64,000 nucleotides of DNA from Candidatus Aminicenantales bacterium (GTDB lineage Bacteria; Acidobacteriota; Aminicenantia; Aminicenantales; Aminicenantaceae). Each line of letters begins with the position of its first letter. Position 1 is the first letter of the stretch. The notes beneath the pieces are model-generated. The model saw only the letters and a list, made by a program, of their open reading frames with translations. It searched no databases and was not told where the DNA came from. Of the stretch, positions 44,971 through 53,886 are shown in pieces. The stretch spans positions 13,124-77,123 of the forward strand of contig JBHIDX010000001.1 of NCBI GenBank assembly GCA_046760305.1. Reading direction: 5' to 3'. The translations under genes were made by a program, and so were the position numbers.

Positions 44971-45915
44971 ATGGCCGATTTAGCACAAAAGATTCGTCAC
45001 TCTCTCACCCAGCCCATCCTGCCCCATGCTGCCTTCCAGGTCTCCTCTCATTACTTGAGCGGGATGTTTGTTTCTGGAGCAGAGAGGAAAATAAAAGAGC
45101 GTTTTATACTTCCACTCAAAGAGGGAGTTATCGAGCCTTCGTTCAGTAAAAAAAATGTTCTCGATGAGGCTTTTCTGGTGGAAAAAGTCAGACAGGGCGC
45201 AGAAAAGCTTCATCTTTCAAAGAAGAGTATTGCCTGTTTGATTCCTGAGCCATGCTCTAAAATTTCTGTCTTAAATTTTGATTCTTTTCCTTCCTCCCAT
45301 AAAGAAAGGGAAGGGATCATACGCTGGCAGTTGAAAAAGAAAATGCCTTTCCTTCCCCCCGACACACGGCTTTCTTACGCCTCGATAGAATCCAACGCCA
45401 AGGTGAAAATACTAGTTTCTGGAGCGAGGACAGCGGTAGTGAAGGAGTACGAAGATTCGTTCGCCAAGGCCGGGCTGAGGGCCAGATTGGTCACTACCCC
45501 CACACTGAGCCTTTATAATCTGTTCGAGAAAGAGGATAGAGGTGACTCGATTGTGGTCAACATCGAGGAAGAAAGTATCAGCCTCATGGTTATCGTCAAC
45601 GGAGAAATCTCACTTTACCGGGCTAAACCCTTTGTTCACCATAGAACTGATAAGCCTCATCTCTCCCAGAAAATTGAGTATGTTGTTACCGAGCTGGAGA
45701 ACACAATAAATTTTATCCATGACAAAGAGGGAAAAAAAATTGATTCTCTGTGGATAAGAGTAGCGCTCATAGACCCTGAGGGTGAAGTGTTTTCGCGGCT
45801 AAAAGAAAGGCTCGTTCTCCCTCTGAAAGGAATGGATAGTTTTCTGCCTTCTGATTTGAGCTCCAGAGAGAGACAGATACTCGCTCCTCTGGCTGGAAGC
45901 ATAGTAAAGCTATGA
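44971..45915 (+). CDS. PilM/GspL-like cytoplasmic actin-fold assembly protein (divergent)
   Basis: Position directly before the PilN-like gene, size of 314 aa, alternating beta/alpha pattern. No strong motif recognised. Confidence 0.55.
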   Translation: MADLAQKIRHSLTQPILPHAAFQVSSHYLSGMFVSGAERKIKERFILPLKEGVIEPSFSKKNVLDEAFLVEKVRQGAEKLHLSKKSIACLIPEPCSKISVLNFDSFPSSHKEREGIIRWQLKKKMPFLPPDTRLSYASIESNAKVKILVSGARTAVVKEYEDSFAKAGLRARLVTTPTLSLYNLFEKEDRGDSIVVNIEEESISLMVIVNGEISLYRAKPFVHHRTDKPHLSQKIEYVVTELENTINFIHDKEGKKIDSLWIRVALIDPEGEVFSRLKERLVLPLKGMDSFLPSDLSSRERQILAPLAGSIVKL

Positions 45916-46466
45916 AAAGGATAGTCTTAAATCTGGCCACACATCCTTTCCGCAACAGGAGGCTGTTTTTTCTCCTCACTGGAGTAATGGTGGTGGTGAT
46001 TGCGCTTTTTTCCTTTCTTGCCCTTCACACCTACCTCACCTACCGGGATAAGGTGGGGCAAGTCCGTCTCCGGATGGAAGAGCTCGAAGCGAAGGTGAGG
46101 GTGGCCCAGAGAAGTGAACAGGAATTCATGCGCAGAATAGAGGAAGAAACAAAGCTCTACAAAGGAACAGTTGACTTGGTTAACAGCATTATTCTGAGAA
46201 AAAGTTTTTCCTGGACAGAATTTCTCGCCAGCCTGGAAAATTCTCTTCCTGACTCGAGTTACATTGTCTCCCTTGCTCCGATACTCATCGGAGGTTCAAG
46301 CATGGAAGTGAGATTTAAGGTTGTTTCCCGAAATCTTCGAGAGCTTTTAAAGTTAATAGACAACCTGAGGGCTCTGAAGTTCAAAGTAAGGGTTGAGGGG
46401 GAATCAAGAGATGAGAGTGGTTCTCTGATATCTGAGATTTCTTTAAGGTATGAAAGAAATGTTTGA
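45912..46466 (+). CDS. PilN-like bitopic assembly protein
   Basis: N-terminal LNLATHPF (compare the PilN INLLP motif), one TM, a coiled coil and a ferredoxin-like C-terminus. Confidence 0.6.
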   Translation: MKRIVLNLATHPFRNRRLFFLLTGVMVVVIALFSFLALHTYLTYRDKVGQVRLRMEELEAKVRVAQRSEQEFMRRIEEETKLYKGTVDLVNSIILRKSFSWTEFLASLENSLPDSSYIVSLAPILIGGSSMEVRFKVVSRNLRELLKLIDNLRALKFKVRVEGESRDESGSLISEISLRYERNV

Positions 46467-47010
46467 GCTGCTGAGTCAGAATGAGAGGAAAGCACTTCAG
46501 ATACTCCTGGTCTCTCTGCTGGTAGTGCTTATCTTTTTTTTCTTTGTTTCACTCAAGGAAAAAAGAAGTTACACCCAGGCAGTGGCGAGATTCACAACCA
46601 GGCAAGCAGAGTACGAGAGGCTCAACAGCCAGAGAGAGGAGAGAGAGAAAGAATGGCTTAAATGGAAGCAGGCTCATGAGGATATTAAAGATTTAAGAGA
46701 AAATTATTTCTATGCTGAAGATGATGGCTATAATCGCCTCAGGCTTTCGCTCGAGGGGATATTCGATGAGTCCGGAGTGCAGGTCTCTGACATTAAATAC
46801 TACTACTCTCAATTTGAGAAGGAAAAATTAAAAAAAGTAAATATCAGCTTCAACCTTACTGGTTCTTATTTTTCCCTGAAAAAATTCATCAACGCTGTAG
46901 AAAATCTTCAGAAATTTCTTCTTCTGGAAAAGATAGATTTCGTCGATACTCCAGCTGAAGGAGGCTTTTTGAAACTGAGAATAACTCTTGCAGGTTACTA
47001 TGCAGGTTAA
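46450..47010 (+). CDS. PilO/GspM-like bitopic assembly protein
   Basis: One TM (LQILLVSLLVVLIFFFFV), a coiled coil and a small C-terminal domain. Gene order follows the PilN-like gene. Confidence 0.5.
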   Translation: MKEMFELLSQNERKALQILLVSLLVVLIFFFFVSLKEKRSYTQAVARFTTRQAEYERLNSQREEREKEWLKWKQAHEDIKDLRENYFYAEDDGYNRLRLSLEGIFDESGVQVSDIKYYYSQFEKEKLKKVNISFNLTGSYFSLKKFINAVENLQKFLLLEKIDFVDTPAEGGFLKLRITLAGYYAG

Positions 47011-47518
47011 AAAATTTCTGGTGATAACTCTTTTTCTCGCACTTGCTGGAGGAATCTGCCTGGCTCAGGAAAAGATAACCAGAGAAAGCAATGAGAGCAG
47101 GGAAAAGAGGACCACTAAAATGGAGGAAAACCTGGTGAGGAAAGAACTTCTCACCGTAAACCCAAAGAAGCTGAAACCCCCCAAAAGAGACATTTTCTCC
47201 CCCCAAAGAGGAAATTTTTCCCTCCATGAATCCAGGCCCATAAATCAGGAAGAAGTCAAAAGAAAAGCCGAGCAGTTTTCCTCATTGATTGAGGAGAATT
47301 CTTCCCCAAACATGCTGGATATTGTTTATCTGGGCTATATCATCATGGAAAAGAAGATGACAGCCCTCATTGTTTTCGAGGACGAGACCTTTGCTGTTCA
47401 GGAGGGAGAATACATTACCCAGGATATCAGGATCAGTAAAGTATTACCTTCCTATATTGAGGTTGAAGGGCCTGGTAAGAAAAAAACAAGGTTTTCCTTA
47501 GAAGGAGAAGGCCAATGA
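47000..47518 (+). CDS. PilP/GspC-like secreted protein
   Basis: Signal peptide (KKFLVITLFLALAGGICLAQ), a disordered linker and a C-terminal beta domain (MTALIVFEDETFAVQEGEYITQDIRISKVLPSYIEV). Overlaps the secretin start (ATGA). Confidence 0.4.
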   Translation: MQVKKFLVITLFLALAGGICLAQEKITRESNESREKRTTKMEENLVRKELLTVNPKKLKPPKRDIFSPQRGNFSLHESRPINQEEVKRKAEQFSSLIEENSSPNMLDIVYLGYIIMEKKMTALIVFEDETFAVQEGEYITQDIRISKVLPSYIEVEGPGKKKTRFSLEGEGQ

Positions 47519-49650
47519 GAAAAACACTGCTTTTAGGCGTTGTACTTCTGACACTCTGGGGCTGCGAAACGTTCAGTCAGAATTACAAGCTGGGAACACA
47601 GGCAGCCATGAGTAAAGACTGGGAGGAGGCGGTTAAATATTTCGAGAGAGCTCTGTGGGAAAATCCGAAGAATTCTGTCTACCGCCTTGCTCTTTTCAGA
47701 GCCAAGAGAGCAGCCAGCTTTTTCTACCTTCAGGAAGCACGTCGTCTTGCAGCCCAGAAGAAAAAAGAAGAGGCACTCGAAATGTATAAAAAAGCCTATT
47801 CATTCGACCCGCTCAACAGGGACATAGTCGAGGAAGCAAAGCTTCTGATGAAAGAGGAGAAAAAAGGAAAACCAAAGAATAGAACTCCGAAAATAGAGCC
47901 TCCTGTGAAATTAAAGGTGCCCAAAGAAAAAGTGGAGTTGAAGTTTGTCTCTGCTACGCTGCGCACTATTTTTCAGACTCTGGGCAAATCTGCTGGTGTA
48001 AACATCCTTTTCGATGAACAGTTCAGGGACGTGCCCATGTCAATCACGCTTAAGGACATGAATTTTGAGGAAGCACTCAGCGCCCTCTGTATGGCGAGCA
48101 AGAATTTCTACCGTGTTGTTGACGAGAGAACAATCATCGTCGCTCCTGACCAGCCTCTAAAACGAGCCCAGTATGAGCTGAACGCGATTAAAACCTTCTA
48201 TCTCTCCAACATAAATGCTCAGGAGATTCAGGGCCAGCTGGCTCAGATGCTCCGCACCCAGTTCAGGGCTCCATCCATAATCGTTGACAAGAACCTCAAT
48301 ACCCTGACCATCAGGGATACTCCCGCCAACATAGAGCTTGCCGAGAAAATTCTCCGCAAATGGGATAAATCAAAGGCAGAGGTGGTGATTGACCTTGAAA
48401 TCATGGAGGTTTCTCGACTCAAGCTGAGACAGCTCGGACTTGATTTTGATGCCTACACCATAGGTTTTCGGTATGAAGGAGGAACAGAAGGCTGGGTCAA
48501 CCTTCAGGACCTGGATTTTACCAAGCTGGCAAATTTTGCCATCAGCCTGCCCATATCTCTCATCGATATTCTGGAATCGGATGCAGACACAAAGATTATT
48601 GCCCAGCCCAGACTGCGCGGGATTGAAGGTGAGGATATGGAGTACACTGTTGGTGATAGAGTTCCCATCCCGAGAACTACTTTTACTCCCATAGCAGCAG
48701 GTGGAGTAAGCCAGCAGCCCATCACTTCTTTCCAGTACGAAGACGTTGGGCTGGGGTTAAAAATAAAACCAAAAGTGCATCATGAGAAGGAAATAACACT
48801 CGAACTGGAGATGAAAATTACCTCCTTGGGGGGCAAAGGATACGCGGATATTCCCATCATTTCCACCAGAGAAGTGAAGAATACCATCAGGCTCAAGGAT
48901 GGAGAGACAAACCTGCTGGCAGGGCTTCTCCGTGATGAAGAGAGAAAAACACTCAAAGGCATAGCAGTGCTCAAGAATATTCCTGTTATCGGCAGCCTTT
49001 TTGCCAACACTGACCAGCAAATCCAGCAGACGGATGTCATCCTGACCATCACTCCTTACATCATCCGCACCGTCCCCATCGATGAAGAAGACCGGGAACC
49101 AGTCTGGATTGGCCTTGATGGATTCTCTGCTGCTCCGGCGGAGGCGCAGCTACCAAGACCCGAAGAGGAAGCTGTAGAGGAAAGGCTGAGGAGAGAGCGG
49201 AGAGCGGAAGAGGCCAGACTCTTCGAGGAGAAGGAAAGGAATCAAATTTTTCTCGCGCCCGCTGATTTCCAGACCAGACAGAACAGAGAGTTCAGGGTGA
49301 GCATTATACTCAGGACTCAGGAAGAAGTGGGAAATTTCTCGCTAACCGTTGGCTTTAACTCCAGGATTCTGGAGCTTACCGATGTTGTGCCCGGCTCGAT
49401 TATCGGTCAGCTTGGGGAGGAGGTGCCTTTCTTGAAAAACATCGATAATACCTCTGGCGTGGCCACCATCGGGTTTTCAAGCCCTGATGTAAGCAAAGGA
49501 ATCAAAGGAGCGGGGAGAGTGGCCACCCTTGTCTTCAAAGCCAAGGAAGCTGGAGAGGGAAACATTTCCCTTTCAGCAGTTTCAGCTAACAGGCCCACTG
49601 GTGAATCGGTTTCCTTCGTCACCAATGATTCCCATATTGTGGTCAAGTAG
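47515..49650 (+). CDS. secretin (GspD/PilQ family) lipoprotein with an N-terminal TPR and a C-terminal cohesin-like domain
   Basis: Lipobox LLTLWGC, a TPR-like segment, N-domains, and the secretin core (ADTKIIAQPRLRGIEGEDMEY...GIAVLKNIPVIGSLF). A charged linker (PEEEAVEERLRRERRAEEARLFEEKE) follows. The final 136 aa (49240-49647) follow a cohesin-like beta-sandwich pattern. Confidence 0.88.
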   Translation: MRKTLLLGVVLLTLWGCETFSQNYKLGTQAAMSKDWEEAVKYFERALWENPKNSVYRLALFRAKRAASFFYLQEARRLAAQKKKEEALEMYKKAYSFDPLNRDIVEEAKLLMKEEKKGKPKNRTPKIEPPVKLKVPKEKVELKFVSATLRTIFQTLGKSAGVNILFDEQFRDVPMSITLKDMNFEEALSALCMASKNFYRVVDERTIIVAPDQPLKRAQYELNAIKTFYLSNINAQEIQGQLAQMLRTQFRAPSIIVDKNLNTLTIRDTPANIELAEKILRKWDKSKAEVVIDLEIMEVSRLKLRQLGLDFDAYTIGFRYEGGTEGWVNLQDLDFTKLANFAISLPISLIDILESDADTKIIAQPRLRGIEGEDMEYTVGDRVPIPRTTFTPIAAGGVSQQPITSFQYEDVGLGLKIKPKVHHEKEITLELEMKITSLGGKGYADIPIISTREVKNTIRLKDGETNLLAGLLRDEERKTLKGIAVLKNIPVIGSLFANTDQQIQQTDVILTITPYIIRTVPIDEEDREPVWIGLDGFSAAPAEAQLPRPEEEAVEERLRRERRAEEARLFEEKERNQIFLAPADFQTRQNREFRVSIILRTQEEVGNFSLTVGFNSRILELTDVVPGSIIGQLGEEVPFLKNIDNTSGVATIGFSSPDVSKGIKGAGRVATLVFKAKEAGEGNISLSAVSANRPTGESVSFVTNDSHIVVK

Positions 49651-49712
49651 CCTCTTCATCCTTTTCAGGCGAATTGACTTGTTCAGGGTATTCAGCTAAA
49701 ATCCATTCCACC

Positions 49713-49786
49713 GGCGGTGTAGCTCAGGTGGTTAGAGCATGCGGCTCATATCCGCAGTGTCGGGGGTTCGAATCCCTCCACCGCCA
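49713..49786 (+). tRNA. tRNA with CAT anticodon (elongator Met by default; tRNA-Ile2/lysidine substrate not excluded)
   Basis: Manual cloverleaf: acceptor GGCGGTG/CACCGCC, D arm GCTC-AGGTGGTTA-GAGC, anticodon stem TGCGG/CCGCA with loop CTCATAT, T arm GGGGG-TTCGAAT-CCCTC, discriminator A. The G1-C72 pair excludes an initiator. No encoded CCA. Confidence 0.93.
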
Positions 49787-49821
49787 TACTTTTTCCACCT
49801 CTAAAAAGGAAAATTATTTCC

Positions 49822-51183
49822 ATGCTCCTGTCCAAGGTTGAAAAAGCAATAAATAAATACCACCTGCTTAAGAAAGGGGAGAGAGTTCTTGTTGCCTACT
49901 CAGGAGGGGTTGATTCGACAGCTCTTCTTCATCTTCTCAGAGAAATCAGCGCAAAGTGGTCGCTCGAACTCATCCTAGCCCATTTTAATCATAAGCTGAG
50001 GAAGCGGGCTGAAGGAGATGAGTTTTTCGTAAGAAAAATTTCTGAGAAATATTCTCTTCCCCTTGTGGTGGGAAGCGAGGATGTGCAGGCTTATGCCAGG
50101 AAAGAAGGACTTAACTTGGAGGAGGCTGCACGCAAGCGGCGCTATGCATTTCTTGAAAAAACCTCAGTACAGTGCAGGGCAGCAAAGATAGCCACAGGCC
50201 ATACCATGACCGACCAGGCTGAAACATTCCTCATGCGTCTTCTGCGGGGGAGCGGCCGAGGAGGGCTGGGTGGTATTTATCCTGTGGTGGAAGGAAAGAT
50301 TATTCGTCCTCTTATTCTTGCTGAGAGGGAGGAAGTGGAAGCCTACCTCGAGGAGCATGGGTTTGAATTCAGACTTGACGAGAGCAATTTTGATCGCCGC
50401 TTCTTGAGGAATAGAATAAGATTAGAGCTCATTCCTTTCATAAAAGAAAAATTTCAGCCCCAAATTGTTCCTCATCTAAGCCACATCGCCTCAATCTTTC
50501 GAGAAGAGGAAGACTTTCTTGAACATCTATCAGCCAGGAAAGCAGAAGAAATTCTCCTCAGTGAGCAGGGCAGGATAAGGCTGGATATGAAAGCCGTTGA
50601 TTCGCTTCCAGATGGTCTTAAACGCAGGGTAATGCGCTCCTTTATCCGCAAATTAAAAGGAGACCTGAGGGGTGTTTCTTTTTTTGATATCGAGCAACTT
50701 CTTGAGCTCAGAGATAACAGAGAGTGTCATCTCGGTAAAAGCCTTTTTTTAAGGAGAGAAGGAGGAAAACTCTTCTTAAAGGGAGAATCATCCACCACAG
50801 TAAGCTACGAGTATCGATGGCATGGAAGGAGTTTTCTGGAGATACGTGAGCTGGGTTTGAAGTTTGGAGCTAAGGTAGGGGAGAAAAGGCCTTCCTTCAT
50901 TTTTGATGACTCCAAGCGAGTATTTCTCGACCTGGAAAAACTTCACTTTCCGCTTATTGTTCGCAGCCGGAAAGAAGGAGACAGGTATCAACCGCTGGGA
51001 GCACCGGGAAGGAAAAAGCTTAAGGAGATAATGCGCGCCAGAGGAATACCTCCTACTCAGAGGGATAAGAAGCCTGTGTTTTTGAGCGGCAGCGACATTA
51101 TCTGGGTGCTGGGTCTCCCTGTCTCGGAAAAGTTCAAGGTGGCCAAGGACACAGAAAAGGTGTTTGTGATTCAGAAACTCTGA
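49822..51183 (+). CDS. tilS: tRNA(Ile)-lysidine synthase
   Basis: PP-loop VAYSGGVDSTALLHLL and HFNHKLR. 453 aa with the TilS C-terminal domains. Confidence 0.93.
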   Translation: MLLSKVEKAINKYHLLKKGERVLVAYSGGVDSTALLHLLREISAKWSLELILAHFNHKLRKRAEGDEFFVRKISEKYSLPLVVGSEDVQAYARKEGLNLEEAARKRRYAFLEKTSVQCRAAKIATGHTMTDQAETFLMRLLRGSGRGGLGGIYPVVEGKIIRPLILAEREEVEAYLEEHGFEFRLDESNFDRRFLRNRIRLELIPFIKEKFQPQIVPHLSHIASIFREEEDFLEHLSARKAEEILLSEQGRIRLDMKAVDSLPDGLKRRVMRSFIRKLKGDLRGVSFFDIEQLLELRDNRECHLGKSLFLRREGGKLFLKGESSTTVSYEYRWHGRSFLEIRELGLKFGAKVGEKRPSFIFDDSKRVFLDLEKLHFPLIVRSRKEGDRYQPLGAPGRKKLKEIMRARGIPPTQRDKKPVFLSGSDIIWVLGLPVSEKFKVAKDTEKVFVIQKL

Positions 51184-51401
51184 TTAGTCTTTTTAGGTGA
51201 TAATTTCATTACCATCCCTTGTTTGAAACAAGAGGAGCAATATCACCATCTATTTACCCCGGAGCGGCGATTGACGCTCCTACAGGAAAGGGGGATAGTA
51301 TATCCATGCGGCAGGGGAGGAAGAAATAGAGGTACATTCCCTCCCCTCTGGAAGCGATTTCATCCCTAAAGATGAGGAAGATGAGAGGAAAAATCATCTC
51401 C

Positions 51402-51803
51402 ATGAAGGAGAAGAGAGCAAAGAAGAAGGGTTTTACTCTGGTTGAAGTGCTGCTCACAGTGATGATTCTTGCTGTCGCCCTCACAGCTTTACTCACTGTT
51501 TTTGTCTACGGTTTCCACCTTCTCTCGAGGATGAATCAGATTGCTCTTGCCACTCAGGCAGTTCAGGAGGAAACAGAATACATTCGGACTCTCCCCTATG
51601 ATGATATTCTCAACCTTGGTTCCTCTTTTGAACATGAGAATCTTTCTCAACTTGAAAACGGGCAGGGATTAATTACCCTCGAGGATTCTGTAGGGCCTGA
51701 TATAAAAAAGCTCACAGTAAGCGTTGTCTGGACCTACAGGGGAAGACAGCTCCGCAAGGATATTACCACCTACATCACAAGGGAGGGGATAGACAGGAAG
51801 TAA
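51402..51803 (+). CDS. prepilin-type minor (pseudo)pilin, GspI/PilV-like
   Basis: Leader MKEKRAKKKG then FTLVEVLLTVMILAVAL (cleavage/methylation motif with Glu5). The C-terminus reads KKLTVSVVWTYRGRQLRKDITTYI, typical of I/V-type minor pilins. The ORF-track start at 51372 would give an atypically long leader. Confidence 0.8.
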   Translation: MKEKRAKKKGFTLVEVLLTVMILAVALTALLTVFVYGFHLLSRMNQIALATQAVQEETEYIRTLPYDDILNLGSSFEHENLSQLENGQGLITLEDSVGPDIKKLTVSVVWTYRGRQLRKDITTYITREGIDRK

Positions 51804-51820
51804 AAGCGTCGAAAAAAGGC

Positions 51821-52432
51821 ATGATGGAAAAAAGAGCTAGTAAAAAAGAAGAAGGGTTTACCCTTCTGGAGTTAATCTTTGTTGTTGCTCTCGGCTCGCT
51901 GATCATGGCTGCCCTCATCGGCCTCTACTCCACAGGGCAGAGGTACTATGTTACTGAGAGCGCCCGCTCAGATATAATCAGGGAGGGACGCTCTGTGCTT
52001 CTCTGGATGAGCAGGGATATAAAAGAGTCTGTCCAAGTAGTTGAAAGTTATGACGTCTATTCTACCTCAACAAGTTCACTCGTTCTCAAAGTCCCCTCTA
52101 TTGATGCCAACGGTGATATCATCGATGTTGATACTGAGTTCGACTACATCATCTACCGCCTTAACCCTGATTACCCCTCCAAACTGGAGAGGAAGGTTCT
52201 GCCCAAGGCCGGAGTGAGCTCAAGAAGTGGGAGCAATAAGGTTTTGGCCACTAAGGTAAATTCTTTTACTTTAAAGTCAGGAGGATCAGAGCTTTCTGGT
52301 GTGGCAGATTTATCGACAGTGGAAAGTATTGAGATTTCTGTTGTTTTACAGGAGATAAGGTTTGGCCGCACTTTCCAGGAAACTCTCAACACCCTGGTTA
52401 AACTCAGGAATAAAGAAATCACTTCTAGTTGA
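51821..52432 (+). CDS. prepilin-type minor (pseudo)pilin, GspJ/PilW-like
   Basis: Leader ...KKEEG then FTLLELIFVVALGSLIMA (Glu5 present), followed by SVLLWMSRDIKES, as in the J/W-type pattern. 203 aa. Confidence 0.75.
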   Translation: MMEKRASKKEEGFTLLELIFVVALGSLIMAALIGLYSTGQRYYVTESARSDIIREGRSVLLWMSRDIKESVQVVESYDVYSTSTSSLVLKVPSIDANGDIIDVDTEFDYIIYRLNPDYPSKLERKVLPKAGVSSRSGSNKVLATKVNSFTLKSGGSELSGVADLSTVESIEISVVLQEIRFGRTFQETLNTLVKLRNKEITSS

Positions 52433-53709
52433 TGATGGCCCAAGGGAAGCAAAAAAACAAAAAGAGATTGAAAGCGATGAAAGGAAGAAGGGCCAAAGAA
52501 GTAAAGATGAGGCACCGAGAGCAAGGCTCTATCCTGGTGGCGGGTATAATTGTCCTTGCTTCAATGGTCATCCTCATTCTTCCTTTTATCTTCCATAAAT
52601 CATCCCAGTTAAGGCTGACCGAGAAATCTTACAGGAGTTATGCCGCCCTTTCTCTGGCAGAGGCCGGGGTGGAGAGAGCAATCTGGGAGCTAAATTTCGG
52701 TGACATCTCAACCTGGGAGGGCAACGATACTCTACGCACCAAGTCAATCTCATCTTTTCAGGCAGCGGATGGAGATGTAATCGGCGATATAAACATCAGC
52801 GTCTACAACCCTACAGCTACAAATCCGGTTGTTGAAGCCAGCGGAAGTGTTTCTCTCTCTGGTGCTCAGAAGGTTGTCAAGACCATTAGGGTTGAACTTG
52901 AACAGGATGGCAGTCCCCTGTTTGATTGTGGGGTATTCGCCGACTCAGGAGTCACGGTTGACTCAAACGTAATAATTCAGGGAAATATCGGTACCAACGG
53001 CACTGCGCCAAATTCAATTTACCTCAGGTCAAACAGTCAGGTTTTGGGAGATGCGATCTGCGGACCGGGTGGAGATCCTGAATCAGCCATTTATCTGAGT
53101 GGAAGTGCCTCAATCTCGGGAGAGAAGCGAGCTGCTTCAGAGGTCAAAGAGTTTCCTTCAGTAGAGGTTCCAACCGGACTCCCATTCCAGGGTTCTTTCT
53201 ACAAAACGAGTGGGACCACTGTTATCAGCGAAGATGGCGAGTATTCCTCATTTATACTTGATTCAAATGCTATCGTTGAGATAAGCGGAGATGTAACGCT
53301 TTATGTCACAGGTGAATTTTCCCTTCTGAGCAACGCCCAGCTTCAAATACAGCAGGGGAGCAGTCTGACCGTTTATCTTGATGCACCACTTAATTTAAGC
53401 AGCAACTGTGAAGTTAACACTTCTCTCCAGGATGCGACTAAACTTGCTTTCTACGGAACAGATAATGTTACAGGATTAATCGAGCTTAATTCAAACGCCA
53501 CCATTTATGGAGCCGTTTATATGCCCAATGCAGACCTGGTTCTTTCCAGCAATATAGGGTTGGTCGGCGCCATCTACGGCAAGAGCATCGAGCTCAATTC
53601 TAATGTTACGGTCGTCTTTGATGAGGGTCTTGGTGGTTTGAGCGGGCCTGCTGGAGGCGGCGGTACTGGAAGCTATGTTGTCAAATCCTGGCAGGAGAAT
53701 CCTAATTAA
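52429..53709 (+). CDS. large GspK/PilX-like tip protein, paralog A (PilX-N helix plus beta-helix-like C-terminal region)
   Basis: Basic leader, then ...EQG-SILVAGIIVLASMVILILPF (no Glu5, as in GspK/PilX) and AEAGVERAIWEL. The C-terminal half has repetitive short beta-strand motifs (NSNATIYGAVYMPNADLVLSSNIGLVGAIYGKSIELNSNVTVVFDEGL). Confidence 0.7.
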   Translation: MMMAQGKQKNKKRLKAMKGRRAKEVKMRHREQGSILVAGIIVLASMVILILPFIFHKSSQLRLTEKSYRSYAALSLAEAGVERAIWELNFGDISTWEGNDTLRTKSISSFQAADGDVIGDINISVYNPTATNPVVEASGSVSLSGAQKVVKTIRVELEQDGSPLFDCGVFADSGVTVDSNVIIQGNIGTNGTAPNSIYLRSNSQVLGDAICGPGGDPESAIYLSGSASISGEKRAASEVKEFPSVEVPTGLPFQGSFYKTSGTTVISEDGEYSSFILDSNAIVEISGDVTLYVTGEFSLLSNAQLQIQQGSSLTVYLDAPLNLSSNCEVNTSLQDATKLAFYGTDNVTGLIELNSNATIYGAVYMPNADLVLSSNIGLVGAIYGKSIELNSNVTVVFDEGLGGLSGPAGGGGTGSYVVKSWQENPN

Positions 53710-53710
53710 C

Positions 53711-53723
53711 ATGAATTATTCAT
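53711..53723. promoter_or_regulatory. 13-nt palindrome ATGAATTATTCAT (candidate operator), site 1
   Basis: Perfect 6-1-6 palindrome starting 2 nt after the paralog A stop. Its reverse complement recurs at 53830-53842, and the core TGAATAATTCA recurs at 63556-63566. Confidence 0.35.
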
Positions 53724-53766
53724 AAATATCAACTTTTTTAACACGGTTATGTTGCTAGAGGTAAAG

Positions 53767-53818
53767 AAATCAGGAACATGTACCTATTTTCCGAAATCGG
53801 TGACGTGTCCCTTGATTT
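53767..53818. repeat. ~52-nt imperfect palindromic (REP-like) element, copy B
   Basis: AAATCAGGAACATGTACCTATTTTCCGAAATCGGTGACGTGTCCCTTGATTT. By my manual alignment, 47 of 52 positions are identical to copy A (27616-27666). Lies between the two PilX-like paralogs. Confidence 0.8.
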
Positions 53819-53829
53819 CTAGGTTTTAA

Positions 53830-53842
53830 ATGAATAATTCAT
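53830..53842. promoter_or_regulatory. 13-nt palindrome ATGAATAATTCAT (candidate operator), site 2
   Basis: Reverse complement of site 1. About 45-60 nt upstream of the paralog B start. Confidence 0.35.
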
Positions 53843-53845
53843 GGA

Positions 53846-53875
53846 AACCTGGACTATTTGTGAATAGTCCAGGTT
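53846..53875. repeat. perfect 13-bp stem / 4-nt loop hairpin
   Basis: AACCTGGACTATT-TGTG-AATAGTCCAGGTT. No U-tract follows on either strand. Ends 11 nt before the TTG start of paralog B. Confidence 0.7.
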
Positions 53876-53886
53876 AAGAAAGTCAT

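Noticed and set aside
51254-51496. 80-aa minus-strand ORF upstream of and overlapping the first pilin gene
   Set aside because: It is antisense to the well-supported prepilin N-terminal region and has no independent support.
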